DNA of 64,000 nucleotides from NCBI RefSeq assembly GCF_039654945.1, contig NW_027361997.1:2108001-2172000 (forward strand). The letters run 5' to 3'. Below, in pieces: positions 12,931-26,375 of the stretch (position 1 is its first letter; every line of letters begins with the position of its first letter). Origin of the DNA: Dendrobates tinctorius. Lineage: Eukaryota. A program made the position numbers and the translations under genes. Below the pieces are notes generated by a model. That model was not told the DNA's origin, did not search any database, and worked only from the letters and a program-made list of their open reading frames with translations.

Positions 12931-13465
12931 TAACACTGTACCAGTATGTCTGCCCCAGTATAACACTGCACCAGTATGAACCTGCCCCAGTATAACACAG
13001 CACCAGTATAACACTGCACCAGTATAAGTCTGCCCCAGTATAACACAGCACCAGTATAAGTCTGCCCCAGTATAACACTGTACCAGTATGAGCCTGCCCA
13101 AGCATAACACAGCACCAGTATAACACTGCAGCAGTATAAGTCTGCCCCAGTATAAGGCTGGTCACACTAACCAGCGCAAAATACGCTCCGTAGTTTACAT
13201 GCATAATACGGATGAATGACCCCTAAATAGTGCTCCGTATGTCATCCGTAAGCAAGGTGTGGTCGCGTATTTTGCGCATGTCTGCATCCGTATGGCGAGA
13301 TTTTCTCGCAGCCTTGCAAAATGGACATTTAACGGTTTTCAGGCCTGCTAACTATTTAAATCATTAGCCTGCACCCTATTTCTACACTCAGAAACAGGTG
13401 GCTGCCTCCATACTGTACATTTGTGAGCTTGCTTTCACGAGGTGTGTTGTTGTTCTTTGTGCAGC

Positions 13466-14983
13466 ATGGCAGAGGGTCTGAGATTCAATACAACTGAGCA
13501 GGTTCTCTTGAACTGGCTTTTGTCACTCTGCTTTGGGCAACCATATCCTGTGATAGTGGATCCACGGAGGGGGAGACGCATGTGGGTCCATCCACTTTTG
13601 AGGCAACGACTCACAAGAGGTCATTTTCACCGCCTCTATTCTTCTCTGCGGGAGCATCCTGAGAAATTTTACCAGTACTGTCGAATGAGCATTTCCACAT
13701 TTGATCGCCTCTTGGAGACAGTGCGCCCTGGGATCACCTTTCAGGACACAAGGATGCGCAAAGCCATATCTGCAGAGGAGCGACTTCTACTCACAATACG
13801 GTATGTACTACACAACCACATTCTCTATGTTCATAATGTGTGTGCTAAAGTATGTTTTTTTTGCCTTCTTGGACAAAGTTTTATGCCCTCATCTTACTCC
13901 AAATATGTTTCAACTTACACACCAGAATGTTAGCCCTAATATGTACTGCATATCACTTAGTCATTGTGGAACCAAATATGTGTGTGGTATTCTATCTCAA
14001 TTCCTCCCAAGTTTGGTCGGCATGTAACTGATGTTTTTGGACTTTATGCATTCTAAACTTATCAATTTCTGTTGTTCTACAGCTTCCTGTCCACTGGCCT
14101 GTCTTATGCCGCCCTCCACCATGAGTTTCTCATTGGAAGATCAACCATTTCATTCATAGTGAGGTCTACATGTGCAGAAATCTGGACAAGACTCCATCAA
14201 GTGGTCATGCCCGAGCCCAGGATGGAAGACTGGTTGAGGATATCAAGGGACTTTGAGGAGGAATGCCAGTTTCAAAATTGTATTGGGGCCCTGGATGGCA
14301 AACATATCCGGGTGCGTAATCCGCCGAACTCTGGCTCACAATTCTTCAATTATAAACAATACTTTTCTGTTGTATTGTTGTCTCTGGTAGACCCTCAATA
14401 CAAGTTTAGAATTGGTGACATTGGGGCCTATGGAAGGACGGGAGACTCAAGAGTCTTCAATACTTCCATTATGGCTCGGCGGCTACGCACCAACCAGTTG
14501 GATCTACCACCACCACGCCAGCTACCAGGCTCCCCTGAAGAATCAGTCCCTTATGTCCTTGTGGCAGATGAGGCCTTTCTGTTATCGCGCAATGTCATGA
14601 GGCCATATCCCCGGCGCAACCTTGACCACAGGCGCTGAATTTGTAACTTGCGCCTATGACGTGCTAGGCGACTGGTGGAGTGTTCCTTTGGGATTCTTTG
14701 TGCCAAATGGCAGGTACTCCAGTCTGCCATTCAGTTGAGTGAACAAAATGTCAATGAAGTTGTGAAAGCCTGTGTTGTTCTGCCCAACTTTACCAGGATA
14801 CATGATTGTTCATCCTCTGATGGTGTTGTGCGTAGGCTGGACAATGTGCGCAGGGTGAGACCTCCTATGAACCCTCAACGTAGACCGCTCTCTGGCCTCA
14901 AAGTGCGTGATATTTTCACTAATTACTTTATCTCACCTGAGGGGGCAACTTCTTGGCAAGAGCATGCTGTGTCTATGTTATAA
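13466..14983 (+). pseudogene. Harbinger (HARBI1-like) DDE transposase, 2 exons, with premature stops
   Basis: A GT-AG intron at 13801-14082 joins LLTIR|FLSTG. Motifs CIGALDGKHI, ADEAF and ECSFGIL are present. In-frame TGA at 14636-14638 and near 14657. Confidence 0.9.
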
Positions 14984-15321
14984 TTTGTTGCTTTAAGTGT
15001 GTCTAAATATATATTACTCAAGCCTTTATGATTCTATGAGTGTTTCATTGCATTGGTTGGTGTCTGTTAGTATGTTGTGAGGGATTGTGAAAAATCACAC
15101 AGAGACGTTAAGTAGAGTAGACAAATTTTTAGTTTTGCCTTTTTTTTTGGTTTCCTTAAAGGCAAACATAATATTGCCATAAGAACATTTTGGCAATGGG
15201 CAAAATGACCCTTTGTGCCTTCTTTAACTTTTTTGAAAAGTAACATTACATAACCCAAAAAAAGATTAGGCAATAACAACATTGCTGCATGACAATATTA
15301 AACTAGATTTAAAAAAAAAAA

Positions 15322-15841
15322 AGGTGAGCTCCATCACCAAAATAAATGCTAAAAGATAACATAACACTCACATTTCTTCATAATATTTTCCAATCATAGA
15401 AAGATTCCACCATGACAGGCAAGGCTACCTTACGGCTTTCAGACAGATATTACCTGTCTGTAGAACAGAGAATATTTAACCATGCTATACTGGAAAGGAT
15501 GAAAAAACAAAACTCACTTGTTAAGACATAGAGAGAGCGTGATATTCTGAATGCTGGCTGCCTTGAATTTTTTTTCGAGAGATTGCTAGCAAAAAAGGTG
15601 ACTACTTCACTAAGGCCAGCACGCCTTTCCTAGGCATTAGCAAGTGAGTAGTGTATTTTCATCCTTTCATTTTACAGTATAGCACGTTGAAATATTCTCT
15701 TTTGTACACACATGTAATATCTGTCTGAAAGGCGTGAGGTAGCCTTGCCTGTCATGATGGACTCTTTCATATGATTGTAAAACATTGTGAAAAAATAAGG
15801 ATGTTAAATTATGTTAAAAAGTTTGGTGATGGAGAACACCT
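15322..15841. repeat. Long imperfect inverted repeat between the 3' ends of the two Harbinger genes
   Basis: Arms ~15322-15541 and ~15622-15841, e.g. CATGACAGGCAAGGCTACCT / AGGTAGCCTTGCCTGTCATG and TTTCAGACAGATATTAC / GTAATATCTGTCTGAAA. Confidence 0.85.
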
Positions 15842-15902
15842 GTTTTTTCCTTTCTATTTGGAGCACCAGTTAAACCGCACTGGACTTCTCCGGCCGTCAG
15901 AC

Positions 15903-17611
15903 TCATAAATCCTCATAGGTTGGGGAAGGGGAACGTGGAAGAGCAGCCTGTGGGTGCTGCTGGACACTGTGGCCAACATCGCCCTGTGTGAGGCCATACT
16001 GTTGCCCATGATGCTGGAATTGTCCTGCCTCCTGGGACTGTTGGGGATACTGGCCAGAGTAATGATGATGGTGAGGGGCATCTTGTTGGCTGTGGTAGGC
16101 ACGTGGCTCATACCCACCAAGATAGCCAGATCGTCCCCAACCAGGTTGGGACCAGCCTCCAACACTGGGTGGGTACAAGTGGCCATATTGGTGGGGTTGG
16201 CTAGAGGCTGACATTTGGGGCTGCGGAATAGAAGGTTGGGTAGTGTGAGGAAGCGGTTGAGGTGTTGGCCCACGTACTAGGGGCTGTTCGGACCCTGCTT
16301 GAGCAAGCATCTGTGTTGATGGTCTCATGCGCATTAGATTTCGGGAGGAGAGCTGCCACCTCTCCAGAAATTCGAAAACCTCATATGGGGTATTGGGGGG
16401 GTGCTTGCATCAAGCAGGATCTGAATACATCCCCTAATACGGAGCCTGACCTCACGGGTAAGGGCACGGAGATAAAGGGTGAGGCTACGTGTGTAGGCCT
16501 CCTCCCCATCATCTGTAGTTACTCTAGATAAATAATTGAGCACCTCTGTGTCCACATTGGTCCTGCTCTCTTGAATAGTGATCTGGCGCCTTCTTCGTGT
16601 TCGCCGTGATGTAAGAGCAGCCTGTGGGGAGGCCCTGATCTGGCCAGTTGGGCTGCTGCTCAAGTTGCCCGGCTCTTCCAGGATGGGTGATGGGGCAGCC
16701 ATTGGGTTGTCCTGTGATGCCTCATCTTCTGCCATCCTTCTTGTAGGGGGAGAAGATGGGCCAGCCACCTCATCCCCTACAAGATCTATTATGGGCTCTG
16801 CCTCTGAGGCCGTTCCTCGATCCGTAAGGTTGGATTGAGTTCTGTTATGAAATAGAACAGAGGCAAAAATACATCAATATTTTTGGCCCTGTAAAGTATT
16901 TGTGTAATGTGGTGTGAGGTATCTACTTACGGTCTCGGATCCAGAATTGAGGCGAGGAAGGACAGCCGGTCATAGTAGATGTACTTCCTTTTAACATATC
17001 CAGCATCCCCACTCCTGGACCGCTGCTGGCGTTCCCGGCGGTACTGGTCCCGGAAGCTTCGCCAGCGTTTCATCACATCTTCCACTGCAATGTGACAGGA
17101 AATATTGTCAAATTCACATATTTGAGAGGTCACATTTTCTACCAGTAGTCTAGGCATGGGGCCTTCTGGGGTGTGCTTTCTACTCATGGTGGCATATGTA
17201 ATTGGGCAGATACACAGGGTCTCTTTAGCTACACTTAATAATTGTTTTGTCTAGGAGGATGAGGAGCTTGTGGCCTAACCCCAAATTATGGCTGTGTGAA
17301 GCCACGTGTCACATCCAAATCTAACGGCCTCATGAGGCTAAAAGTACATGCACAGGAAGGGGGGTGCTGATTCTATATTCCTTTTTTCTTGCGCGATAAG
17401 GTTACTGATGTTTTGCGTTGTACTTACGAATTTTATGCTGCTCCTCACGTGGTCGGTCACAAAAGTCATGGTACATCTGGTGACAGATGCGCCTCCATGA
17501 CGCCTCCTTTCTTGCCCGGTTTGCATAATTTGCATCGCGTTGGTCCCAGATTTCGGGACGTTCCTGCACCAGGACAATGAGCATCTCAACATTTATGTAC
17601 GTGGACGCCAT
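15903..17611 (-). pseudogene. Harbinger MADF/SANT-Myb DNA-binding protein, 3 exons
   Basis: Exons 17611-17428, 17084-16931 and 16841-15903 with phase-compatible GT-AG junctions. MADF motifs LIVLVQERPEIWD and KRWRSFRDQYRRE. Apparent frameshift near 16390-16400 before the P/Q-rich tail. Confidence 0.85.
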
Positions 17612-20600
17612 GCTGCTGCTGTACTCCGTGGAGGCGTACTTCCTGGATGTCTGGAGCGCTTTTTGAGCTCATTTGCATGTCTAGGCTTCCTGATGATGGA
17701 TTGCCCCATTTCCTGTCACCAGCCAAAAGACCTGCGTATTGCTCGCAGGTCACACGTCTGGTCCGTGTGTAATCCGTATTTTTTGCGCGCCCATAGACTT
17801 GCATGGGCGTAGTACGCTGACAATCGCAGCATGCTGCGATTGGCACGGAGCGTAGGATACGGATGAGAAATATACGCCTGGTGCGAGTGACCCCATAGAG
17901 AATCATTTGTCCGTGTCTAATGCGTGCTTTTAGCGCCTCTCACTCGGCCGTATTCCTCGCCAGTGTGACCCCGGCCTTACACTACACCAGTATGAGCCTG
18001 CCCCAGTATAACACTGCACCAGTATGAACCGGCAGAGCTTAACACTGCACCAGTATAAGTCTGCCCCAGTATGAGCCCGCCCCAGTATAACACTGCCCCA
18101 ACATAACACTGCACCAGTATAAGTCTGCCCCAGTAAAACAATACACCAGTATGAGCCCGCCCCAATATAACACTACCCCAGTATGAGCCTGCCCCAGTAT
18201 AACACTGCCACAGTATGAACCCGCCCCAGTATAACACTGCCCAAGTATGAGCCTGCCCCTGTATAACACTGCACCAATATGAGCCTGCCCCAGTATAACA
18301 CTGCACCAGTATGAGCCTGCCCCAGTATAACACAGCACCAGTATAAGTCTGCCCCAGTATAACACTGCACCAGTATAAGTCTGCACCAGTATGAGCCTGC
18401 CCCAGTATAACACTGCACTGATATGAGCCCGCCCCAGTATAACACTGCGCCAGTATGAGCCCGCCCCAGTTTAACACTGCACCAGTATGAGCCTGCCCCA
18501 ATATAACACTGCACCAATATGAACCTGCCCCAGTATAACACTGCACCAGTATAAGTCTGCCCCAGTATAACACTACACCAGTATGAGCCTGCCCCAATAT
18601 AACACTGCACCAGTATGAAACTGCCCCAGCATAACACTGCACCAGTATAACACTACACCAGTATGAGCCTGCCCCAATATAACACTGCACCAGTATGAAA
18701 CTGCCCCAGCATAACACTGCACCAGTATAACACTACACCAGTATGAGCCTGCCCCAATATAACACTGCACCAGTATGAACCTGCCCCAGTATGAACCTGC
18801 CCCAGCATAACACTACACCAGTATGAGCCAGCCCCAGTATAACACTGTACCAGTATGAGCCTGCACCTGTATAACACTGCACCAGCATAACACAGCACCA
18901 GTATGAGCCTGCCCCAGCATAACACTGCACCAGTATAAGTCTGCCGTAGTATAACACAGCACCAGTATGAGCCTGCCCCAGCATAACACAGCACCAGTAT
19001 AACACTGCACCAGTATGAGCCTGCCCCAGCATAACACTGCACCAGTATAAGTCTGCCCTAGCATAACACTGCACCAGTATGAACCTGCCCCAGTATAACA
19101 CTGCCCCAGTATGAGCCTGCCCTAGTATAACACTGCACCAGTATGAGCCTGCCCCAGCATAACACTGCACCAGTATAAGTCTGCCCCAGTATCACACTGC
19201 ACCAGTATAAGTCTGCCCCAGTATAACACTGCACTGATATGAGCCCGCCCCAGTATAACACTGCACCAGTATGAGCCTGCCCCAGTATAACACTGCACCA
19301 GTATAAGTCTGCCCCAGTATAACACTGCACCAGTATGAGCCCACCCCAGTAAAACACTGCACCAGTATAAGTCTGCCCCAGTATAACAGTGCACTGATAT
19401 GAGCCCGCCCCAGTATAACACTGCATCAGTATGAGCCCACCCCAGTATAACACTGCACCAGTATAAGTATGCTCCAGTATAACAGTGCACTGATATGAGC
19501 CCGCCCCAGTATAACACTGCACCAGTATGAGCCCGCCCCAGTATAACACTACACCAGTATAAGTCTGCCCCAGTATAACACTGCACTGATATGAGCCCGC
19601 CCCAGTATAACACTGCACTGATATGAGCCCGTCCCAGTATAACACTGCGCCAGTATGAACCTACCCCAATATAACACTGCACCAGTATGAGCCTGCCCCA
19701 ATATAACACTGCACCAGTATGAACCTGCCCCAGCATAACACTGCACCAGTATAACACTGCACCAGTATAAGTCTACCCCAGTATAACACTACACCAGTAT
19801 GAGCCTGCCCCAGTATAACACTGCACTGATATGAGCCCGCCCCCATATAACACTGCACCAGTATGAGCCTGCCCCAATATAACACTGCACCAGTATGAGC
19901 CTGCCCCAGTATAACACTGCACCAGTATGAGCCTGCCCCAGCATAACAGCACCAGTATAAGTCTGCCCCAGTATAACACTGCACCAGTATAAGTCTGCAC
20001 CAGTATGAGCCTGCCCCAGTATAACACTGCACTGATATGAGCCCGCCCCAGTATAACACTGCGCCAGTATGAGCCCGCCCCAGTTTAACACTGCACCAGT
20101 ATGAGCCTGCCCCAATATAACACTGCACCAATATGAACCTGCCCCAGTATAACACTGCACCAGTATAAGTCTGCCCCAGTATAACACTACACCAGTATGA
20201 GCCTGCCCCAGTATAACACTGCACTGATATGAGCCCGCCCCAGTATAACACTGCACCAGTATGAGCCTGCCCCAGTATAACACTGCACCAGTATAACACT
20301 GCACCAGTATAACACTGCACCAGTATAACACTGCACCACTATAACACTGCACCAGTATAACACTGCACCAGTATAACACTGCACCAGTATGAACCTGCCC
20401 CAGCATAACACTACACCAGTATGAGCCTGCCCCAGTATAACACTGTACCAGTATGAGCCTGCACCTGTATAACACAGCACCAGTATAACACAGCACCAGT
20501 ATAACACAGCACCAGTATGAGCCTGCCCAGCATAACACAGCACCAGTATAACACTGCACCAGTATAAGTCTGCCCTAGTATAACACTGCACCAGTATGAA

Positions 20601-23600
20601 CCTGCCCAGTATAACACTGCACCAGTATAAGTCTGACCCAGTATAACACTGCACTGATATGAGCCTGCACCAGTATAAGTCTGCACCAGTATGAGCCTGC
20701 ACCAGTATGAGCCTGCCCCAGTATAACACTGCACTGATATGAGCCCGCCCCAGTATAACACTGCGCCAGTATGAGCCCGCCCCAGTTTAACACTGCACCA
20801 GTATGAGCCTGCCCCAATATAACACTGCACCAATATGAACCTGCCCCAGTATAACACTGCACCAGTATAAGTCTGCCCCAGTATAACACTACACCAGTAT
20901 GAGCCTGCCCCAGTATAACACTGCACTGATATGAGCCCGCCCCAGTATAACACTGCACCAGTATGAGCCTGCCCCAATATAACACTGCACCAGTATGAAC
21001 CTGCACCAGTATGAACCTGCACCAGTATAACACTGCACCAGTATAACACTGCACCAGTATAACACTGCACCAGCATAACACTGCACCAGCATAACACTGC
21101 ACCAGCATAACACTGCACCAGCATAACACTGCACCAGCATAACACTGCACCAGCATAACACTGCACCAGCATAACACTGCACCAGCATAACACTGCACCA
21201 GCATAACACTGCACCAGCATAACACTGCACCAGCATAACACTGCACCAGTATGAGCCTGCCCCAGTATGAGCCTGCACCTGTATAACACAGCACCAGTAT
21301 AACACAGCACCAGTATGAGCCTGCCCAGCATAACACAGCACCAGTATAACACTGCACCAGTATGTCTGCCCCAGTATAACACTGCACCAGTATAAGTCTG
21401 CCCTAGTATAACACTGCACCAGTATGAACCTGCCCAGTATAACACTGCACCAGTATAAGTCTGACCCAGTATAACACTGCACTGATATGAGCCTGCCCAA
21501 GTATAACACTGCACCAGTATGAGCCTGCCCCAGTATAACACTGCACCAGTATAAGTCTGCCCCAGTATAACAGTGCACCAGTATGATCCCGCCCCAGTAT
21601 AACACTGCACCAGTATAAGTCTGCTCCAGTATAACAGTGCACCAGTATGAGCCTGCCCCAGTATAACACTACACCAGTATAAGTCTGCCCCAGTATAACA
21701 CTGCACTGATATGAGCCTGTCCCAGCATAACACTGCGCCAGTATGAACCTACCTCAATATAACACTGCACCAGTATGAGCCTGGCCCAATATAACACTGC
21801 ACCAGTATGAACCTGCACCAGTATAACACTGCACCAGTATAACACTGCACTGATATGAGCCCGCCCCCCGTATAACACTGCACCAGTATGAGCCTGCCCC
21901 AGTATAACACTGCACCAGTATAACACTGCACCAGTATAACACTGCACCAGTATAACACTGCACCAGTATAACACTGCACCAGTATAACACTGCACCAGTA
22001 TGAGCCTGCCCCAGCATAACACAGCACCAGAATAACACTGCACAAGTATGAGCCTGCCCCAGTATAACACTGTACCAGTATGAGCCTGCCCCAGTATAAC
22101 ACTACACCAGTATGAGCCCGCCCCAGTATAACACTGCCCCAGTATAACACTGCACCGATATGAGCCCGCCCCAGTATAACACTGCACCGAAATGAGCCCG
22201 CCCCAGTATAACACTGCCCCAGTATAACACTGCACCGATATGAGCCCGCCCCAGTATAACACTGCACCAGAATGAGCCTGCCCCAGTATAACACTGCACT
22301 GATATGAGCCTGCCCCAGCATAACACTGCACCAGTATGAGCCTGCCCCAATATAACACTGCACCAGTATGTACCTGCCCCAGTATAACACTGCACCAGTA
22401 TAACACTGCACCAGTATAACACTGCACCAGTATAACACTGCACCAGTATAACACTGCACCAGTATAACACTGCACCAGTATGAGCCTGCCCCAGCATAAC
22501 ACTGCACCAGTATGAGCCTGCCCCAGCATAACAACTGCACCAGTATGAGCCTGCCCCAGCATAACACAGCACCAGAATAACACTGCACCAGTATGAACCT
22601 GCCCCAGTATAACACTGTACCAGTATGAGCCTGCCCCTGTATAACACTGTACCTGTATGAGCCTGCACCAGTGTTAGCCTGCCCCAGTATAACACTGCAC
22701 CAGTATAACACTGCACCGATATGAGGCTGCCCCAGCATAACACAGCACCAGTATGAGCCCACCCCAGTATAACACTGCCCCAGCATAACACTGCACCGAT
22801 ATGAGCCTGCCCCAGTATAACACTGCACCGAAATGAGCCCGCCCCAGTATAACACTGCACCGAAATGAGCCCGCCCCAGTATAACACTGCCCCAGTATAA
22901 CACTACACCAGTATGAGCCCACCCCAGAACAACACTAAACCAGTATGAGCCTGCCCCAATATAACACTGCACCAGTATGAGCCTGCCCCAGTATAACACT
23001 GCACCAGTATGAGCCCGCCCCAGTATAACACTGCACCGATATGAGCCCGCCCCAGTATAACACTGAACCAGTATGAGCCTGCCCCAGTATAACACTACAC
23101 CAGTATGAGCCCACCCCAGAACAACACTACACCAGTATGAGCCCGCCCCAGTAGAACACTGCGCCAGTATGAGCATGCCACAGTATAACACTATAACACT
23201 GCACCAGTAAGAGCCCGCCCCAGTATAACACTGCACCAGTATAAGTCTGCCACAGTATAACACTACACCAGTATGAGCCCGCTCCAGTACAACACTGCAC
23301 CAGTATGAGCCCGCCCCGGTATAACACTGCACCAGTATGAGCCCGCTCCAGTATAACACTGCACCAGTATGAGCCCGCCCCAGTATAACACTGCACCAGT
23401 ATGAGCCCGCCCCAGTATAACACTGCACCAGTATGAGCCCGCCCCAGTATAACACTGCACCAGTATGAGCCCGCCCCAGTATAACACTGCACCAGTATGA
23501 GCCCGCCCCAGTATAACACTGCACCAGTATGAGCCCGCCCCAGTATAACACTGCACCAGTATGAGCCCGCCCCAGTATAACACTGCACCAGTATGAGCCC

Positions 23601-25849
23601 GCCCCAGTATAACACTGCACCAGTATGAGCCCGCCCCAGTATAACACTGCACCAGTATGAGCCCGCCCCAGTATAACACTGCACCAGTATGAGCCCGCCC
23701 CAGTATAACACTGCACCAATATGAGCCCGCCCCAGTATAACACTGCACCAGTATGAGCCCGCCCCAGTATAACACTGCACCAGTAAGAGCCTGCCCCAGT
23801 ATAACACTGCACCAGTAAGAGCCTGCCCCAGTATAACACTGCACCAGTAAGAGCCTGCCCCAGTATAACACTGCACCAGTATAATACTATAACACTGCAC
23901 CAGTATGAGCCTGCCCCAGTATAACACTGCACCAGTATGAGCCCTCCCCAGTATAACACTGCACCAGTATAAGTCTGCCCCAGTATAACACTGCACAGAT
24001 ATGAGCCCGCCCCAGTATAACACTGGACTGATATGAGCCTGCCCCAGTATAACACTGCACCAGTATAACACTGCACCAGTATGAGCCTGCCCCAGTATAA
24101 CACTGCACTGATATGAGCCCGCCCCAGTATAACACTGCGCCAGTATGAGCTCCCCCCAGTATAACACTGCACCAGTATGAACCTACCCCAATGTAAAACT
24201 GCACCAGTATGAGCCTGCCCCAGCATAACACTGCACCAGTATAAGTCTGCCCCAGTATAACACTGCACTGATATGAGCCCGCCCCAGTATAACACTGCAC
24301 CAGTATGAGCCTGCCCCAATATAACACTGCACCAGTATGAACCTGCCCCAATATAACACTGCACCAGTATAACACTGCACCAGTATGAACCTGCGCCAGT
24401 ATGAACCTGCCCCAGTATAACACTGCACCAGTATGAACCTGCCCCAGCATAACACTGCACCAGTATACTACACCAGTATGAGCCTGCCCCAGTATAACAC
24501 TGCACCAGCATAACATAGCACCAGTATGAGCCTGCCCCAGCATAACACAGCACCAGTATAACACTGCACCAGTATGAGCCTGCCCCAGCATAACACAGCA
24601 CCAGTATAACACTGCACCAGTATAAGTCTGCCCTAGTATAACACTGCACCAGTTTAAGTCTGCCCCAGTATCACACTGCACCAGTATAACACTGCACTGA
24701 TATGAACGCGCCCCAGTATCACACTGCCCCAGTATAACACTGCACCAGTATAAGTCTGCCCCAGCATAACACTGCACCAGTATGAGCCTGCCCCAGTATA
24801 ACACTGAACCAGTATGAGCCTGCCCCAGCATAACACTGCACCAGTATAAGTCTGCCCCAGTATAACACTGCACCAGTATGAGCCCGCCCCAGTATAACAC
24901 TGCACCAGTATGAGCCCGCCCCAGTGTAACACTGCACCAGTATGAGCCCGCCCCAGTGTAACACTGCACCAGTATGAGCCCGCCCCAGTATAACACTGCA
25001 CCAGTATGAGCCCGCCCCAGTATAACACTGCACCAGTATGAGCCCGCCCCAGTATAACACTGCACCAGTATGAGCCCTCCCCAGTATAACACTGCACCAG
25101 TATGAGCCCTCCCCAGTATAACACTGCACCAGTATAAGTCTGCCCCAGTATAACACTGCACAGATATGAGCCCGCCCCAGTATAACACTGCACTGATATG
25201 AGCCTGCCCCAGTATAACACTGCACCAGTATAACACTGCACCAGCATAACACTGCACCAGTATAAGTCTGCCCCAGTATAACACTGCACCAGTATGAGCC
25301 TGCCCCAGTATAACACTGCACCAGTATGAGCCCGCCCCAGTATAACACTGCGCCAGTATGAGCTCGCCCCAGTATAACACTGCACCAGTATGAACCTACC
25401 CCAATGTAAAACTGCCCAGTATGAGCCCGCCCCAGTTTAACACTGCACCAGTATGAGCCTGCCCCAATGTAACACTGCACCAGTATGAGCCCGCCCCAAT
25501 GTAACACTGCACCAGTATGAGCCCGCCCCAGTATAACACTGCACCAGTATAAGTCTGCCCCAGTATAACACTGCACCAGTATGAGCCCGCCCCAGTATAA
25601 CACTGCACCAGTATGAGCCCGCCCCAATGTAACACTGCACCAGTATGAGCCCGCCCCAGTATAACACTGCACCAGTATAAGTCTGCCCCAGTATAACACT
25701 GCACCAGTATGAGCCCGCCCCAGTATAACACTGCACCAGTATGAGCCCGCCCCAGTATAACACTGCACCAGTATGAGCCCACCCCAGTATAACACTGCAC
25801 CAGTATGGCTCCTTACTACCGTTATTGGAGCAATAGCTGTCACCACGCA

Positions 25850-26107
25850 CAGCCATCATTCCGTCGGACCCCTAGTACTTATTATTTCTCCTCAGTTGGC
25901 GCTGCTGCCGCCGGCGCTTGCGCAGTGAACGACAGCTGAAAGTCCCAAGTCTCCACACGCGCCCCGAAGGCTGACGTATTTCTCAGCGCGACTCCATCCC
26001 GGCCGGAAGTGCCCCCCCTTGTAGAAATGGGTTTATGAACTCGACTTCATTCCGGCAGAAGCCTGTGTTTTCGTCGGACGTCGGTGATCGACCCGGGCCA
26101 GGTGAGT
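25850..26107 (+). promoter_or_regulatory. Candidate CpG-rich promoter and non-coding first exon
   Basis: Locally CpG-rich, apparently non-repetitive sequence. NRF1-like GCGCTTGCGCA at 25914-25924, CRE-like TGACGTA at 25972-25978, ETS CCGGAAGT at 26003-26010 and a strong donor CAG|GTGAGT at 26101/26102. Confidence 0.55.
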
Positions 26108-26375
26108 GAATCGCAGCTGTGAATGTCATTCTCCTCAGTGTGGCAGCCGGGTCTGCCAGCTTTATTCCTGTATGGCGGAACATCGCCAAGAACATGGCTG
26201 CCAGGGGTGGCGTGGTAATATTCATGTGCACAGGTAGTTGTGCTGGTCACAGTACAAGAGGAGAGAAGACTCTGCACAGGGATACTGTATGTATAGTGAG
26301 GGAGGACATGATGGTTGCCAATATACAGGAGGAGAGGGAACACCTTGCACATGGATACTGTATGTGTAGTGCAGC

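Larger units (their letters stand above)
13156..17976. mobile_element. Near-complete PIF/Harbinger transposon (transposase plus MADF/Myb gene, convergent)
   Basis: Termini GGCTGGTCACACT / AGTGTGACCCCGGCC, flanks TAA/TTA, and both characteristic genes present. Confidence 0.92.
10086..25806. repeat. Large minisatellite with a 32-bp unit (ATAACACTGCACCAGT + ATGAGCCCGCCCCAGT)
   Basis: Hundreds of directly visible copies made of two related 16-mers. Interrupted at 12245-12538, 12638-12930 and 13156-17976. Confidence 0.97.

Noticed and set aside
10086-25806. CRISPR-like appearance of ~32-bp repeats
   Set aside because: No unique spacers, no cas genes, and a eukaryotic context.
10059-25859. Many long minus-strand ORFs (up to 966 aa) of WGRLILVQCYTGAGSY type
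   Set aside because: These are translation artefacts. The 32-bp unit lacks minus-strand stops, so all three frames give the same cyclic peptide. No domain or gene structure.
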